Made by a program: the position numbers and the translations under genes. Below the pieces are notes generated by a model, which saw nothing but the letters and a program-made list of their open reading frames with translations, searched no databases and had not been told where the DNA came from. From IMG/VR virus record IMGVR_UViG_3300029171_000002, positions 9,343-73,342 of that record: 64,000 bases of DNA, one strand, 5' to 3'. This DNA is from a virus. Taxonomy: Duplodnaviria > Caudoviricetes. How positions within the stretch are numbered: the stretch's first letter is position 1; every line of letters begins with the position of its first letter. Shown piece after piece: positions 28,084-38,272 of the stretch.

Positions 28084-28836
28084 TTAGAATTTTCTCTCAC
28101 GTTCCATGCGCTTCAAACATTCTCTGGGAGTTTCATTCGGACGCAATGTGTATCCACATCCAAGAGTTCCCCCTTTCCACGAGCCAGTACGCTCACCGAC
28201 TTCATCATTGAATGTCACTTCAATTGCATAAGTGGTAATCCCCCAAGGCAATCGTCTCAAACGACGAAGTTTTCTTGTGCGGCGTTCAACAAAGATACTC
28301 GCTGTTCGCTCTTGAAACTGACCAGAATTTAGCAGATAGCGATACGGGTATACTTCAATATGGCGACCATCAGGCTCTTTCAGGATTGGCGTACTACCGT
28401 CCCTGGCTCTCGCGAGGGCCATATCATTCTCCCACGTCCCAACATACTTGGACCAGGATCCATCGGCCCTTCGTACCTCATGGTTCGTCTGCATCCAATC
28501 ATGCCAAGGTAGAGTCCAAAGCTTTGTGCGCTTTCCCCAATGCAGATGCCAGCAACCTTCTCGGAGAGAAGCTCCCCATGATTCCATCATGTCTTCTGGA
28601 TCGTGGCGATACTTATTCAAGAATGGTAGATCGATGAAACACTGGATCCAAAGCAGATTAATCTGGAAAGAGAAGCCCTCTTCAAATAAGCAGATCTCAA
28701 GTGCGCAGCCACGAACACCAAGAGACAAAGACCCCCACTTCATTCTAAATGACCCGCGATCACTTTTATCTCTCCCGCCAAGCAAGCGCACCATCAAGGG
28801 AAGTCTGTCTGGAATTACCACGTCAGAGCCAATCAT
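28084..28836 (-). CDS. conserved phage hypothetical protein
   Basis: 250 aa; FNDEVGERTGSWKGGTLGCGY motif. Confidence 0.55.
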   Translation of the reverse strand: MIGSDVVIPDRLPLMVRLLGGRDKSDRGSFRMKWGSLSLGVRGCALEICLFEEGFSFQINLLWIQCFIDLPFLNKYRHDPEDMMESWGASLREGCWHLHWGKRTKLWTLPWHDWMQTNHEVRRADGSWSKYVGTWENDMALARARDGSTPILKEPDGRHIEVYPYRYLLNSGQFQERTASIFVERRTRKLRRLRRLPWGITTYAIEVTFNDEVGERTGSWKGGTLGCGYTLRPNETPRECLKRMERERKF

Positions 28837-28848
28837 TGAATTCTCCCC

Positions 28849-29760
28849 TCATACATTGATTTCCTTAGACCATCGGCGCATGTAATCCGTCGCTCTCTCA
28901 GTGCGGGTTTGATGCAAAGACTCAATCAGCGTAGCTTTCCGGTAAGGCTTGATCTGCACTAATTGCTCGTGCGTCTTGCTGTACGTGTCCGTATCGTCCA
29001 AGTCCATGCTGCCCTTCAGATTCAACGGCACTCCACAACTCGGACACCAACGTTCGATCTGGTTCTCAAATCTCTCTATGCCAGACTTCCACCACTGCGG
29101 GTATACCGGGATGCCATTGTCTTCATCATAGAGGATATCAAAAGCAGCCGCAACCTCGCAGAAGTATCCCTTAGCAACGCCGTTACGCTCGATGATCCCT
29201 CCGCTCCAGTCGTTGTTGATCGGACAATTCTTGATGATCGCCCACATGGTTTCACGGTCGGGGATGTACTCGGAGCCAACGAAGTCTTCGATGGCAGTGA
29301 GAATCGGTGAGTGCCAGCTCTGGGTCGTGCCAGATTCTTTGATCGCCTTGCCTGGCACCCAGCGTTCAAAGTCGGCAAAGGCTGCGGCATTGCCATGAGC
29401 GTTTAGGTTGAAAGTTCCATGAGGGTAAAACGTATCACGCACAACGCTACCATGCTTCAGCAGGTTGTTTGACCACAAGCCGCGGTGACGTTGATCTGGT
29501 ATGACTTCGCAGAGGATGGCACAGAGTTCTGGGAACTGTTTGTGAGTGGTTGGGTTACCACCGAATACACCCACAATTCCAGGCCAGTCTCTCAGCGACT
29601 CGCAGGCTTCACGAAAGCTCGACAGCGAGATGTTGTACTTGTTCCCGCTGTGTGCCACGCTCTGAGTGCAATTGCTGCACCGGAGATCGCAGCGCGAGGT
29701 CACGATGATCTGGATGTTCTGGTTTCCGCCATTGCGGAGTTTGTCGATGGGAGCCAGCAT
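28849..29760 (-). CDS. radical SAM protein
   Basis: CDLRCSNC (CxxxCxxC), FGGNPT, additional C-terminal Cys residues. Confidence 0.85.
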   Translation of the reverse strand: MLAPIDKLRNGGNQNIQIIVTSRCDLRCSNCTQSVAHSGNKYNISLSSFREACESLRDWPGIVGVFGGNPTTHKQFPELCAILCEVIPDQRHRGLWSNNLLKHGSVVRDTFYPHGTFNLNAHGNAAAFADFERWVPGKAIKESGTTQSWHSPILTAIEDFVGSEYIPDRETMWAIIKNCPINNDWSGGIIERNGVAKGYFCEVAAAFDILYDEDNGIPVYPQWWKSGIERFENQIERWCPSCGVPLNLKGSMDLDDTDTYSKTHEQLVQIKPYRKATLIESLHQTRTERATDYMRRWSKEINV

Positions 29761-30044
29761 TAGAAGGCCTGAGTTGCGGAACAGTTAAGGCAAAAAGTTT
29801 CATCCTTCGTTATTCCGAAGGCGATGCCCCCACAATTACAAGTCCACATCAAGCCTCGTGTTGGACTGCAATGGTAAATGTAGTGGCCCTTCATTGAATG
29901 GCACTCACCGCACTCGAACCAGAAGGTTCCCACAGGAGCCACGGCTACCCACTCATGACCGCAAGTCATACAGCGAGCCTTCCCCGCATTGTGAGGAGTA
30001 TCGTTGTTCTCTGGGAAGGCGAGTACCTTTGCGGGTTCATTCAT
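29760..30044 (-). CDS. small Zn-finger protein
   Basis: Multiple CxxC pairs. Confidence 0.55.
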   Translation of the reverse strand: MNEPAKVLAFPENNDTPHNAGKARCMTCGHEWVAVAPVGTFWFECGECHSMKGHYIYHCSPTRGLMWTCNCGGIAFGITKDETFCLNCSATQAF

Positions 30045-32065
30045 TATGGTTCAGGTGTTATCAAATTCTGAGGATTCACGCTTCCCTTACCGCCAGGGAA
30101 TGGCTTGCCAGTCCCACCAGGGTTGCCTGCCTGCTGATCGATGGGTGACGGCGGTGTGTTTGGCTGAGGCGGTGTCATGGCAGCCGCGACATTGATATCG
30201 CCCGTAGCAAATAGAGAAGCTAAGGCCGGCACGGCTTGGATCAGAGTCGTGATCACAGCTTCCCTGAGCGATTGTTCTTTCTCGATCTGAAGCTGCTTCT
30301 CTACCTTCTCGATCATCGCTCCCATATCCAGACCATCGTACAAGGTCTTGCGGCTCATGTCGCCTTGACGTCGCAATGCCATGTACAGCATTGCCCGTTG
30401 ATCACGGCTGCTATTCAGCAAAGTGTCTGGGCTGATCTGGAATTTGAACTGTTGGATGAACTCTTGCGGCTTCATCCCTGAAGGAATCATTGTGTCGGGA
30501 TTGTAATCAAAGTCCTGTTCAACCGTGCCATCTTCCACGCCAAACATCATGATCCGGCGCTCAATCGAGTAAAACTGAATGAAGTTCGACACCATCTGCT
30601 CGCCAAGCTCTGAGACAGCGTGCTCCATGTAGCGGCCCCGGAGTCGCATGATCGTCTGCTGCGGTTCTTTCAGCTCAGCTAACGTGTCTCCGGCCGGGGT
30701 AATCTTCTTACGCCCAAGATCGGCTACACCCAACAGTCCAGAGTCGTCCTGAATCTGTTGCTGGGCGTATTCTGCCAACTGTGGGACATAAGAAGGGAGG
30801 CTTGGCGGTTGAGACCACGTAGGCACTTGGTTCGACATTCCACCATAACCCAGCTTCAGGCCCGGCTGGCCCATGTCCGCATTCTTCATAAAGTTTGAGC
30901 TGAACTGCTCGCTCTGGTAAAGCAACGTCGGGTTGATCGCCTTCTTCACCATATCCAGGATCCCGGCCATCACTTCGTTCACAACCTTCTGGAGCGGGAC
31001 TTTAGACCGAAGCTCACTTACCCCGTGGTACTGCCATGGCACTTGCTTCACTCTCAGATCGATGAATGGATATCGGCCGTGCCAGAGATAGTTTGGCCCA
31101 TCGTCCAAGACGGCAAAGTTCTCACCACCGGTCACGATCAGGCGCCCACGCGGATACAAAGGTTGGCCTGGATGCACCCAATAGCTCCAATTCGTCTTTT
31201 CCTTTCCAACGAATACCGGCTGGTCTGAGACATTAACAGAATCGTCCTGCACCCAGAACTGAGTGAAGCGAGCAATCGGAATAGCACTTTGCCGATTCTC
31301 AACCTGATTGGTCCCGCCCATGAACCTTCGCATTGCTGGACCAGCGGCATGAAAGGCTCCCGTAGTCATGTAATTTGGCGTGCCCACCGGAACAGCGTAA
31401 CTGCTCATCTTCAGGTTCGGCACAACCTTGTAGTACTTTTCTTTGAAGTTGCGCTTGAACCACCCCATCGGTTTGTAACAGGTATAGGTCAGGCCTTCCC
31501 AATCCTGCAGGCGATGCGTGGCAGGCCCGATCGGCAGCACAGAGTTAATGCCTTCGGCTGCGCACTGGAAATCACCTTTCCCCCCAAACAGGCGAGGGTT
31601 CCAGAAGTAGCGAATAAACCCTGTAGACAGATAGGCATGGGTCAAGGCCATGGCGAAATCAAGATCCACGTCTTGATTCACCCACCAGGCTTTTGACATC
31701 TTCGTCAGCTTCTCGGCTTGCTGTTTTAGTGTCTGGTTCTGGGTGCCAACCGTGTAGGCCAAGCGGATATCAGTAAGGACAGCAATCGTCTGCTCCATGC
31801 TGCGCAATAGCAGGTTGTTTACCGGAGCCGACTTGTACTTCGGTCTCCCGGTATCCCACTGCTTGCCCATCAGTTGATCAATGTATTTCGGGATCTGGTT
31901 TGCTTCAGGGCTGGACTTCTGCCAGAGGTCTTGCTCCTCTGCAACTGCATAACACCAATCGGTAATTCTCTTTTCGATTGCGGCCGCATCCAGGTTGGGG
32001 GTATGGGCCAGCAGGTCATAGGGGTGAGAGGAAGTACTCGTTACTGCTCTGATCTGTGCATTCAT
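30044..32065 (-). CDS. portal protein
   Basis: 673 aa; KPQYK/PVNNLLL, GRLIV.GG..VL.DGPN...YPF, helical C-terminus; position between TerL and head genes. Confidence 0.85.
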   Translation of the reverse strand: MNAQIRAVTSTSSHPYDLLAHTPNLDAAAIEKRITDWCYAVAEEQDLWQKSSPEANQIPKYIDQLMGKQWDTGRPKYKSAPVNNLLLRSMEQTIAVLTDIRLAYTVGTQNQTLKQQAEKLTKMSKAWWVNQDVDLDFAMALTHAYLSTGFIRYFWNPRLFGGKGDFQCAAEGINSVLPIGPATHRLQDWEGLTYTCYKPMGWFKRNFKEKYYKVVPNLKMSSYAVPVGTPNYMTTGAFHAAGPAMRRFMGGTNQVENRQSAIPIARFTQFWVQDDSVNVSDQPVFVGKEKTNWSYWVHPGQPLYPRGRLIVTGGENFAVLDDGPNYLWHGRYPFIDLRVKQVPWQYHGVSELRSKVPLQKVVNEVMAGILDMVKKAINPTLLYQSEQFSSNFMKNADMGQPGLKLGYGGMSNQVPTWSQPPSLPSYVPQLAEYAQQQIQDDSGLLGVADLGRKKITPAGDTLAELKEPQQTIMRLRGRYMEHAVSELGEQMVSNFIQFYSIERRIMMFGVEDGTVEQDFDYNPDTMIPSGMKPQEFIQQFKFQISPDTLLNSSRDQRAMLYMALRRQGDMSRKTLYDGLDMGAMIEKVEKQLQIEKEQSLREAVITTLIQAVPALASLFATGDINVAAAMTPPQPNTPPSPIDQQAGNPGGTGKPFPGGKGSVNPQNLITPEP

Positions 32066-32397
32066 CGGATCTCGCCTCTTTGGAATCGGCTTCGCTTATA
32101 AGTCGTTAGTACTATCGGCTTTCGCTTCTTCTTCGGTCGTCGCCGATGCACTTTGCCGTGGCAAGGTTTGCACAGAACCTGCAGGTCTTCGAGTGCTTCG
32201 TTAAACAGTCTGACGTAAGTCAGGTGATGACATTCAAGCCGCGTTCGTCTCGGGCATTTCTGACATTTCCCTCCAACCGATTCAATCTTGACACGCCGCT
32301 TCGCATGCCATTGCGGTGACTTCAGATAGGCTTGGTACGCGCTGCGTTTAGCGGCTATAAATGACGCCCTGCTTCTCCCGCGGGACCATCTTGCCAT
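32062..32397 (-). CDS. packaging-associated HNH endonuclease
   Basis: YLKSPQW..KR...CQKC...LECHHLTY...EDLQVLCKPCH. Confidence 0.85.
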   Translation of the reverse strand: MARWSRGRSRASFIAAKRSAYQAYLKSPQWHAKRRVKIESVGGKCQKCPRRTRLECHHLTYVRLFNEALEDLQVLCKPCHGKVHRRRPKKKRKPIVLTTYKRSRFQRGEIR

Positions 32398-32683
32398 CTC
32401 TCATTACCCTGTCAGGTTCTGGGGTGTGAACGAGGCCAAACTCATTGCACAGATGGCTCAGCTGCTTCTGCGAGTGGATCCTGATGTTTTTACCACCGGG
32501 CAGAATGTTGTTGGTTTCGAAGGGCTCGAATTGCTTGACGGATTGGCGCATCGAGTTCCAGTAGATTTCCATGATCTGGCCACAGTGAATCGGAGCCGCC
32601 GGTTCGGGGCCATCGCTGGAGCTGTAAAATACCTCATGTTCCACGTGGTTGCACTTCTCGCAAATGAAGTCGAGATTAGGCAT
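32348..32683 (-). CDS. FmdB-like zinc-ribbon protein
   Basis: MP..DF.CEKC.H...HCG..M. Confidence 0.65.
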   Translation of the reverse strand: MPNLDFICEKCNHVEHEVFYSSSDGPEPAAPIHCGQIMEIYWNSMRQSVKQFEPFETNNILPGGKNIRIHSQKQLSHLCNEFGLVHTPEPDRVMRDGKMVPREKQGVIYSR

Positions 32684-33128
32684 AGTTTCTCTGTGGAGGT
32701 GTTGGCCAAGACACCCACTGAACTGACTTGAATGGAACCTTTGTAATCACGCTGTGGCCGCCGTGCTCATCCTGAAAGTCAGGGACAAAAGCAATTGAAT
32801 CGAAGGATTTCTCCTGTTCGACTTTGCGCATCATTTCCTTGGCTCGCAATTCTGTCATCTTGCGCTTGGTTTCCAGCTTCCACTTCGCATCGCCTGAGTC
32901 TGCCAAGGCGTTCATGTAAAAGAATTGCTGTTGTTCTCCAGAAGCGGTCTGAAACTTTCCCATCCAGAGGATCTGACCAGCCAGAGCTGTCGAGTCCATT
33001 GGCTGCTTCCAGCCCGTGAAATACAGGTCAATTGGACATTTGTACTCTGTTTCGCCAGCCAAGAACTTAGGAACGAGTAATGCCGGAACTGCCATTGCCA
33101 AGCTTCGGTTGAATTGTCGTCTGTTCAC
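32676..33128 (-). CDS. hypothetical protein with twin-arginine-like N-terminus
   Basis: MNRRQFNRSLAMAVPALLVP. Confidence 0.5.
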   Translation of the reverse strand: MNRRQFNRSLAMAVPALLVPKFLAGETEYKCPIDLYFTGWKQPMDSTALAGQILWMGKFQTASGEQQQFFYMNALADSGDAKWKLETKRKMTELRAKEMMRKVEQEKSFDSIAFVPDFQDEHGGHSVITKVPFKSVQWVSWPTPPQRNYA

Positions 33129-33388
33129 GCTGACCTCACAAACCAGTCAGCTTCTTCTGGAGATTTCCAGCAGATGTTGATTGTGCCGTTTTGGTACTCG
33201 TCCCATAATCGTTGCCAAATAGCTCTGGCCTCGTCCAAGAGCTCCTGCGTGGGAGCAAATATTTTCATCCATTGAGCTTGACTGTTTTCTAGAAAAGCGA
33301 CAACGCATTTCTCCATGGACTCATAATCGCAACGGCAACAATCCATGCCGTCTCGGCTTCCCGGACCAAGCCACAACCGATCGCTCAT
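33125..33388 (-). CDS. hypothetical protein
   Basis: Coupled ORF in operon. Confidence 0.45.
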   Translation of the reverse strand: MSDRLWLGPGSRDGMDCCRCDYESMEKCVVAFLENSQAQWMKIFAPTQELLDEARAIWQRLWDEYQNGTINICWKSPEEADWFVRSA

Positions 33389-33990
33389 ACTGTCCTCGGT
33401 GCCACAAACATGCTCATGACGTACTGCTCCAAAACCCCTTGCAGATACTCCTGCACGCTCTTCTGCTCGTGCTCAGCTTCGGCCTGAACGCCACCGACAA
33501 AGAATTCAGGGATGGTAAAGATCACCTGATCTTCTCTGAGCAATGACGGGGTTCTGCCCACGGATCCACCAGCGGCTTGCCGTCTCAGCCCATCGGCTAC
33601 ACTCGCATGCTGTTGCGCCAACTGCGTCAGGTCGATGATCTCACGTCGCATCGTCAGCAATGCCGACTTGATTTCGGCAGGACCAGAGACTTTGCCGATC
33701 AACTCTTCAATGGCTACGCGGTTGTCAACGTCGATGATGATGCGGTCATTGGCTGCGGGTGGGGGCGTTGTGGGTTGGTTTGGAGTACCACTGGAGCGGT
33801 ACAGGTCTGGCCAGCGCTGTCTTGCCGCCGTCACGGCTCCCTGAAGCAGTTCAGAATCGTTCCAGGAATGGTTCTGATTGCAATAGTACATGAAATTGCC
33901 AGAACGGTTTCGGATGAAATTCCGCTGGCCAGCAGCAGCACAACTCGGGCACTGCGTGGTTGAAATGGTCTCGCCCTGAATTCCTTCCAT
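33385..33990 (-). CDS. hypothetical protein, N-terminal Zn ribbon
   Basis: CPSC...YYCNQNH. Confidence 0.5.
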   Translation of the reverse strand: MEGIQGETISTTQCPSCAAAGQRNFIRNRSGNFMYYCNQNHSWNDSELLQGAVTAARQRWPDLYRSSGTPNQPTTPPPAANDRIIIDVDNRVAIEELIGKVSGPAEIKSALLTMRREIIDLTQLAQQHASVADGLRRQAAGGSVGRTPSLLREDQVIFTIPEFFVGGVQAEAEHEQKSVQEYLQGVLEQYVMSMFVAPRTV

Positions 33991-33992
33991 AG

Positions 33993-34562
33993 TTACACCA
34001 CCCTTTTCACAGGCTTTGTGGTCTCCACGAGGTGGATGATCGGCATCTTGAATGCCTTGCCTTTGTTCGGGCAGGCTTCTTTCAAAAGCTCCGATTGGTT
34101 GTGGGTATGGGTAAATATTCGGGTAAACGAACCCGTGATGGCGTCACCGTCCAACTTCAGTCCGCACACGGTACAGCGCACCGTTGCCAGCACTTCCACG
34201 GCAAGGCCATCGGGAGAGATCGGGGAATCCTTCACAATCGCGTCCAACCGGTCCAATCGGTTCGAGGCGTTGGCGTAGAGATTCACCATGTTACTGATCT
34301 CTTTTTCGAGGCTATTGAGTCGGTCTTCCACTGGCACGACCCGTATTTCTGGCACCGCTGTCTGTTCTGATAAATCGGTTACTTCAGGAGCAATCTGAAC
34401 CTCTTCGACCATCGCCATGCGTGGGGCTTCGGCCACGGCTGCCGCAGCTTTAGAGGTATTCGTAGTCTGGGACATTTGCTGTTTCCTCTGTGTCATAGAT
34501 CGGTGAGTAATCGGTGTTGTAGAAGTCTGAGCCGTCACTGGCCTGCTTTTTCGCAATGGCAA
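33993..34562 (-). CDS. hypothetical protein (coiled coil + Zn finger); true start probably downstream
   Basis: CTVC...H...C; annotated 5' end overlaps TerL. Confidence 0.5.
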   Translation of the reverse strand: MPLRKSRPVTAQTSTTPITHRSMTQRKQQMSQTTNTSKAAAAVAEAPRMAMVEEVQIAPEVTDLSEQTAVPEIRVVPVEDRLNSLEKEISNMVNLYANASNRLDRLDAIVKDSPISPDGLAVEVLATVRCTVCGLKLDGDAITGSFTRIFTHTHNQSELLKEACPNKGKAFKMPIIHLVETTKPVKRVV

Positions 34563-36441
34563 CAGTCGGTTCGGTCATTTCACTGATGAGCTTTGGGTCA
34601 ATGTCCAACATGCAGGCCAACGCAATCATTGCACCAAACAAGCAGTCATCACTTTCACCCTCCGGGGCTTCGAAATGGCCAGGCTTTTCAATACTATCTA
34701 CGAAAGTGAAAAATTCGTCAATGAGACGTTTGCTTTTAACCTGCAATTGGTTCAAGTTCATCAACGACTTGGTGCGGTCCATGAGAAACTGCCGAGTCTT
34801 TTCGTTCGTCTCCCATCCATAATCGTTGGTGACCATGCTGGCCTTTTCGTGTCTGCGCCTACGGTAGATCTTCGGGTATTTGATCACATGCAGAAGATCC
34901 GAAATCACCGTCGTCAGCTTATTACGCTCTGGGCAGACCTCGCAGTTTAGGTAGAGCTCTCCAAGATTCGCAATCACCCTCGCAAACTGCGTTGGCTCCG
35001 TGAGTCCGCGATACTCAGCCACCTGGATATAATCCTCGTCTGGCTTTAACGGCACCCGCCAGATCGATGCTGCCGACCAGTTACCGCCCTGAATGCCTTG
35101 GCCTGGGTCAGCGCCAATGTAGTAAAGGTTCCCATTCTTTGGAAACTCCCAGATCCAGAGCGGGGATTCATCCATGTCAACCATCCGCTTCAGGCCGGCT
35201 TGGGTATCAATTTCTCCGGGAGTCACTATCTTTTTCTTGGTCCGGCCTATATCTCCAAACCAGATCGGCTTTCGTACCGTGGCTTTTTCCAGGGCGTAGA
35301 GCCGCTTCTTCGGAAAGAACGTCTTGCCAGGGGCTCGGAAAGCAGCTTCTGGATAGGAAGGATACTCCTGCTCGAACAGATCGGTATCTTTCCCGGCATC
35401 CTCCATGATCATCTGGGTTTGCCGTCTGAAGTTCAGTTGCTCGTGCGTTAGATCGAAGTCGTATTCGTCTTTGACCTTGCCTTTCAGTTCAATCTCTTCT
35501 TCGGTTAAGCGGAAATTCGCCTTCGCTTCTTCGTTCTTGAACGGCCTCGAGTAGCGTTTCTCCTTCCACCAGGCGGCAAACACGGGCCGAAACATGTCGT
35601 ACCTTCCGGTCTTGATGCTCTTCCAGAAGTCGGCAAAGAATGTGTTCTTGCCCTCAGCGGTGCCTTCAATCACGAACATGGACAATGGGTGATCGATGTT
35701 CGTCAATGTTGCCGGCATGATATCCAGGGTCAACACGTTTGGCTTGATGTAGCGGCTGATCTCAGAAGCGTGAACACAATGAAACGTCATGCCGCGGCCA
35801 ACACCTGAAAGCTTGTTGGCGGCATCGCAAATCAGAGTGCTTTTCAGGCCCGGATTCGTCTTTCTGAGCTCAGCGTCTTTTCGGTCAAACTTGATGTGGG
35901 TGTCTTTGACGTCATACTGCATTTCCGGCTGCATCCAGTACGGCAAGCTGTCGTAAGCCAGCTTCGACATATTGAACAGCCAGGCCGATCTTGGTTTCTC
36001 ATCGGCAAGGGTCAGCGAGGTAATGAACCGGTTGAAAACGGTGTTGTGGAAGAGGATGCCCTGAACTATGGTCGACCAACCGATCTGCCGACATTTCAGC
36101 AGTATCCACCACAGCGGAAGTTTGTTGGTTCTGCAGAAGACAAAGTCTTCCCATAGCCATTCCTGTGGTTCGTTGAATTGTAGGGTAGTTAGATTGGGGG
36201 CTGCGTCAAAACTCTCTGTCTTGGCGGCAGCGTTAATGACGTGGTAGTTCTCAAGGTAATAACGAACACTCTTGTGATCGTTACCTTGACAGCGACGGAT
36301 CTCTTCTTCGATGACTGCGTAATCGGCGGGAGAAAGTGCGGCAAAGACTTTGGCGGGATCGTTATTCGCTTCCTCCAAGCGACGATCCATCGCCTCCACC
36401 AGTTCCGCAACATGGGGGGACTTCCTGGAGATCTGATCCAT
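34450..36441 (-). CDS. terL: terminase large subunit
   Basis: Walker A-like LLKCRQIGWST, Walker B HASE, IEGTAEG, nuclease YYIGADPGQG...DDCLFG. Confidence 0.93.
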   Translation of the reverse strand: MDQISRKSPHVAELVEAMDRRLEEANNDPAKVFAALSPADYAVIEEEIRRCQGNDHKSVRYYLENYHVINAAAKTESFDAAPNLTTLQFNEPQEWLWEDFVFCRTNKLPLWWILLKCRQIGWSTIVQGILFHNTVFNRFITSLTLADEKPRSAWLFNMSKLAYDSLPYWMQPEMQYDVKDTHIKFDRKDAELRKTNPGLKSTLICDAANKLSGVGRGMTFHCVHASEISRYIKPNVLTLDIMPATLTNIDHPLSMFVIEGTAEGKNTFFADFWKSIKTGRYDMFRPVFAAWWKEKRYSRPFKNEEAKANFRLTEEEIELKGKVKDEYDFDLTHEQLNFRRQTQMIMEDAGKDTDLFEQEYPSYPEAAFRAPGKTFFPKKRLYALEKATVRKPIWFGDIGRTKKKIVTPGEIDTQAGLKRMVDMDESPLWIWEFPKNGNLYYIGADPGQGIQGGNWSAASIWRVPLKPDEDYIQVAEYRGLTEPTQFARVIANLGELYLNCEVCPERNKLTTVISDLLHVIKYPKIYRRRRHEKASMVTNDYGWETNEKTRQFLMDRTKSLMNLNQLQVKSKRLIDEFFTFVDSIEKPGHFEAPEGESDDCLFGAMIALACMLDIDPKLISEMTEPTVAIAKKQASDGSDFYNTDYSPIYDTEETANVPDYEYL

Positions 36442-36739
36442 TGCGTCTGACTAGCCGATTGAACTCACGGAGACACCGTTTCCGTCTCTCTAAGTTAGAC
36501 CTTATAGCACAACGGTCTGAACTTGTCAGGTTCAAGTGATACATCATGGCTTCCATTTGCTCGGGATTGTACGTGATAATTTCACGCCAAGATTCTATAT
36601 CTTCTGCGGTTTTACAACACCGGAAGATGTGGGCGGCTTCGACCTTGGGGTTCCAGTCATGGTTGAATACTCCGCCCACAAAGCTTCCAACAGTGAACTT
36701 GCGCTTGTGAGGATTGGAGAATTTCAAGGAGGTCTCCAA
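36362..36739 (-). CDS. hypothetical protein
   Basis: 125 aa ORF with SD; overlaps TerL start. Confidence 0.4.
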   Translation of the reverse strand: METSLKFSNPHKRKFTVGSFVGGVFNHDWNPKVEAAHIFRCCKTAEDIESWREIITYNPEQMEAMMYHLNLTSSDRCAIRSNLERRKRCLREFNRLVRRNGSDLQEVPPCCGTGGGDGSSLGGSE

Positions 36740-36741
36740 GA

Positions 36742-37071
36742 TTACTCCGCAGCGATCAAACTACTGGCCTGCTCTTTCAACCCATCCAACAACGAGGTTC
36801 CACGACTTTCAATCGCTTCAAATGCAGCTTCGGCCTTCTGCTCTGGCGTAGGTGGTGGCACGTAGCCTGGGTCTGGGCCAACGATAACGAAGAGACACGG
36901 GCAAGGGATTGGCTCAGAGACGCCGTTGTGAATATTGTTTCCAACGAAGCCACGGCCGTAGCACTTGCCACAGTTCAGCTTGGGCTCCATGTAAAAGACC
37001 TTCTCGCCCTGCGTCATCTTCTGATTGTTCTTGAGCCTGCGAAATCCGGTTTCGATTATAAATTCCATCAC
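36742..37071 (-). CDS. hypothetical protein with CxxC..CxC
   Basis: CGKCYGRG...PCPC. Confidence 0.5.
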   Translation of the reverse strand: MMEFIIETGFRRLKNNQKMTQGEKVFYMEPKLNCGKCYGRGFVGNNIHNGVSEPIPCPCLFVIVGPDPGYVPPPTPEQKAEAAFEAIESRGTSLLDGLKEQASSLIAAE

Positions 37072-37298
37072 ATCTTCCTTTCCGGTGTTTTTGCGTCCAT
37101 CAAATTCATTGCCGCTGCCTGAACGCGCTCAGACTCTTCAAGCTCAAACACGATCTTTCGCTCCAAACGTAGCAGTTGAATCCGCATCAATCCGATCTGA
37201 TCCAACATGCTCAGGCCTTCGCCACTGCTCTGGATCACACCGATCTGGTCCGGCGTGTCTGCACCATCATTCACATCAATTCGAAGCCAGCCTTTCAT
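37068..37298 (-). CDS. hypothetical protein
   Basis: Coupled ORF. Confidence 0.45.
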   Translation of the reverse strand: MKGWLRIDVNDGADTPDQIGVIQSSGEGLSMLDQIGLMRIQLLRLERKIVFELEESERVQAAAMNLMDAKTPERKM

Positions 37299-37307
37299 TC
37301 TTGCCTC

Positions 37308-37742
37308 TCAGAAACTTGGTTCTTGCGGTTCAAGATCAGCAACTAACCATTGGTTCTCACCATCCCTGAATTTCTTGAAACACTCCAAGGCTCGCCTTCC
37401 CTCACGAACAGATCCATGATACATCTGACAGATTTCTGCTGGAGTGAATTTCAAGCTAAGTGGAATTGGAAATCCATTGAACCATAGCCAGCCTGGACGC
37501 ATATCTGTTCTTTCAATAAGCAGCAGCGCACCTTTTGCGGCATCATCAATAGTCCCACCACCCTTATTAAAATCAAAGTGCCAGACTCCACAAGGGTCTT
37601 GTGTCACCTTAAAACGAACCCAACAACCGCAGTCAAGCTTAAAAGTCACTTCATTTTCAGATCTCCATTCAAAGATCAGGCCTTCACCTTTAACGAGAGA
37701 GGCTGCGCCAAACCCACATCCCCTTATGGCTCTGCGGCTCAT
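37308..37742 (-). CDS. hypothetical protein starting MSRRAIRG
   Basis: ATGA overlap with upstream gene. Confidence 0.6.
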   Translation of the reverse strand: MSRRAIRGCGFGAASLVKGEGLIFEWRSENEVTFKLDCGCWVRFKVTQDPCGVWHFDFNKGGGTIDDAAKGALLLIERTDMRPGWLWFNGFPIPLSLKFTPAEICQMYHGSVREGRRALECFKKFRDGENQWLVADLEPQEPSF

Positions 37743-38272
37743 TCCTCATCCCTCGTGTACTGAAGACTCCGAATCCGCTCTTCTTTCATCTGCTTGAAGA
37801 TCTCTTCCACATCACCATTCGTCACCGTAGCCGCAATCTCGGCCTGCTCACGCAAACCCGCATCCTCTTCGTCATAGCCGTGGATCTCGCCAGAACCGCC
37901 AGGGCGAGTGAAGTTGGGAACCGGGAAGGGTTGCCCAGAAGAGAAGGGTGGCGGTTGCTGTCTCGGCATGTTCGACATGTAGACATACGCTGTCGAGAAC
38001 AATGACCTGATCCCGTGCAGCACCGCTGCCATCGCAAAGGCTCCGTACATCTGCTCTTTTGACATCGCTGGCAGCCACGAGAAATCAAGCGTGGTGATCA
38101 CTGCTCGCAACTCAAAGCGATAGTAAAACAGCAGGAGAAAGATCAGCAGGTATCGGAGCTTGCGAGAGCTGCTGAGTTCCAGCACGGGGGCTTTCAACCG
38201 CTTCAGACGCTGCCACGACTCCCATGTCGCCGTCCAGGCAATGCGCACCGCGATGTGGAACCATTGTTTCAT
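37739..38272 (-). CDS. membrane protein
   Basis: Two hydrophobic segments, acidic C-terminus. Confidence 0.55.
   Translation of the reverse strand: MKQWFHIAVRIAWTATWESWQRLKRLKAPVLELSSSRKLRYLLIFLLLFYYRFELRAVITTLDFSWLPAMSKEQMYGAFAMAAVLHGIRSLFSTAYVYMSNMPRQQPPPFSSGQPFPVPNFTRPGGSGEIHGYDEEDAGLREQAEIAATVTNGDVEEIFKQMKEERIRSLQYTRDEE

Noticed and set aside
34450-36441. Intein or intron in TerL or portal
   Set aside because: Lengths and motifs are continuous; no intein termini seen.
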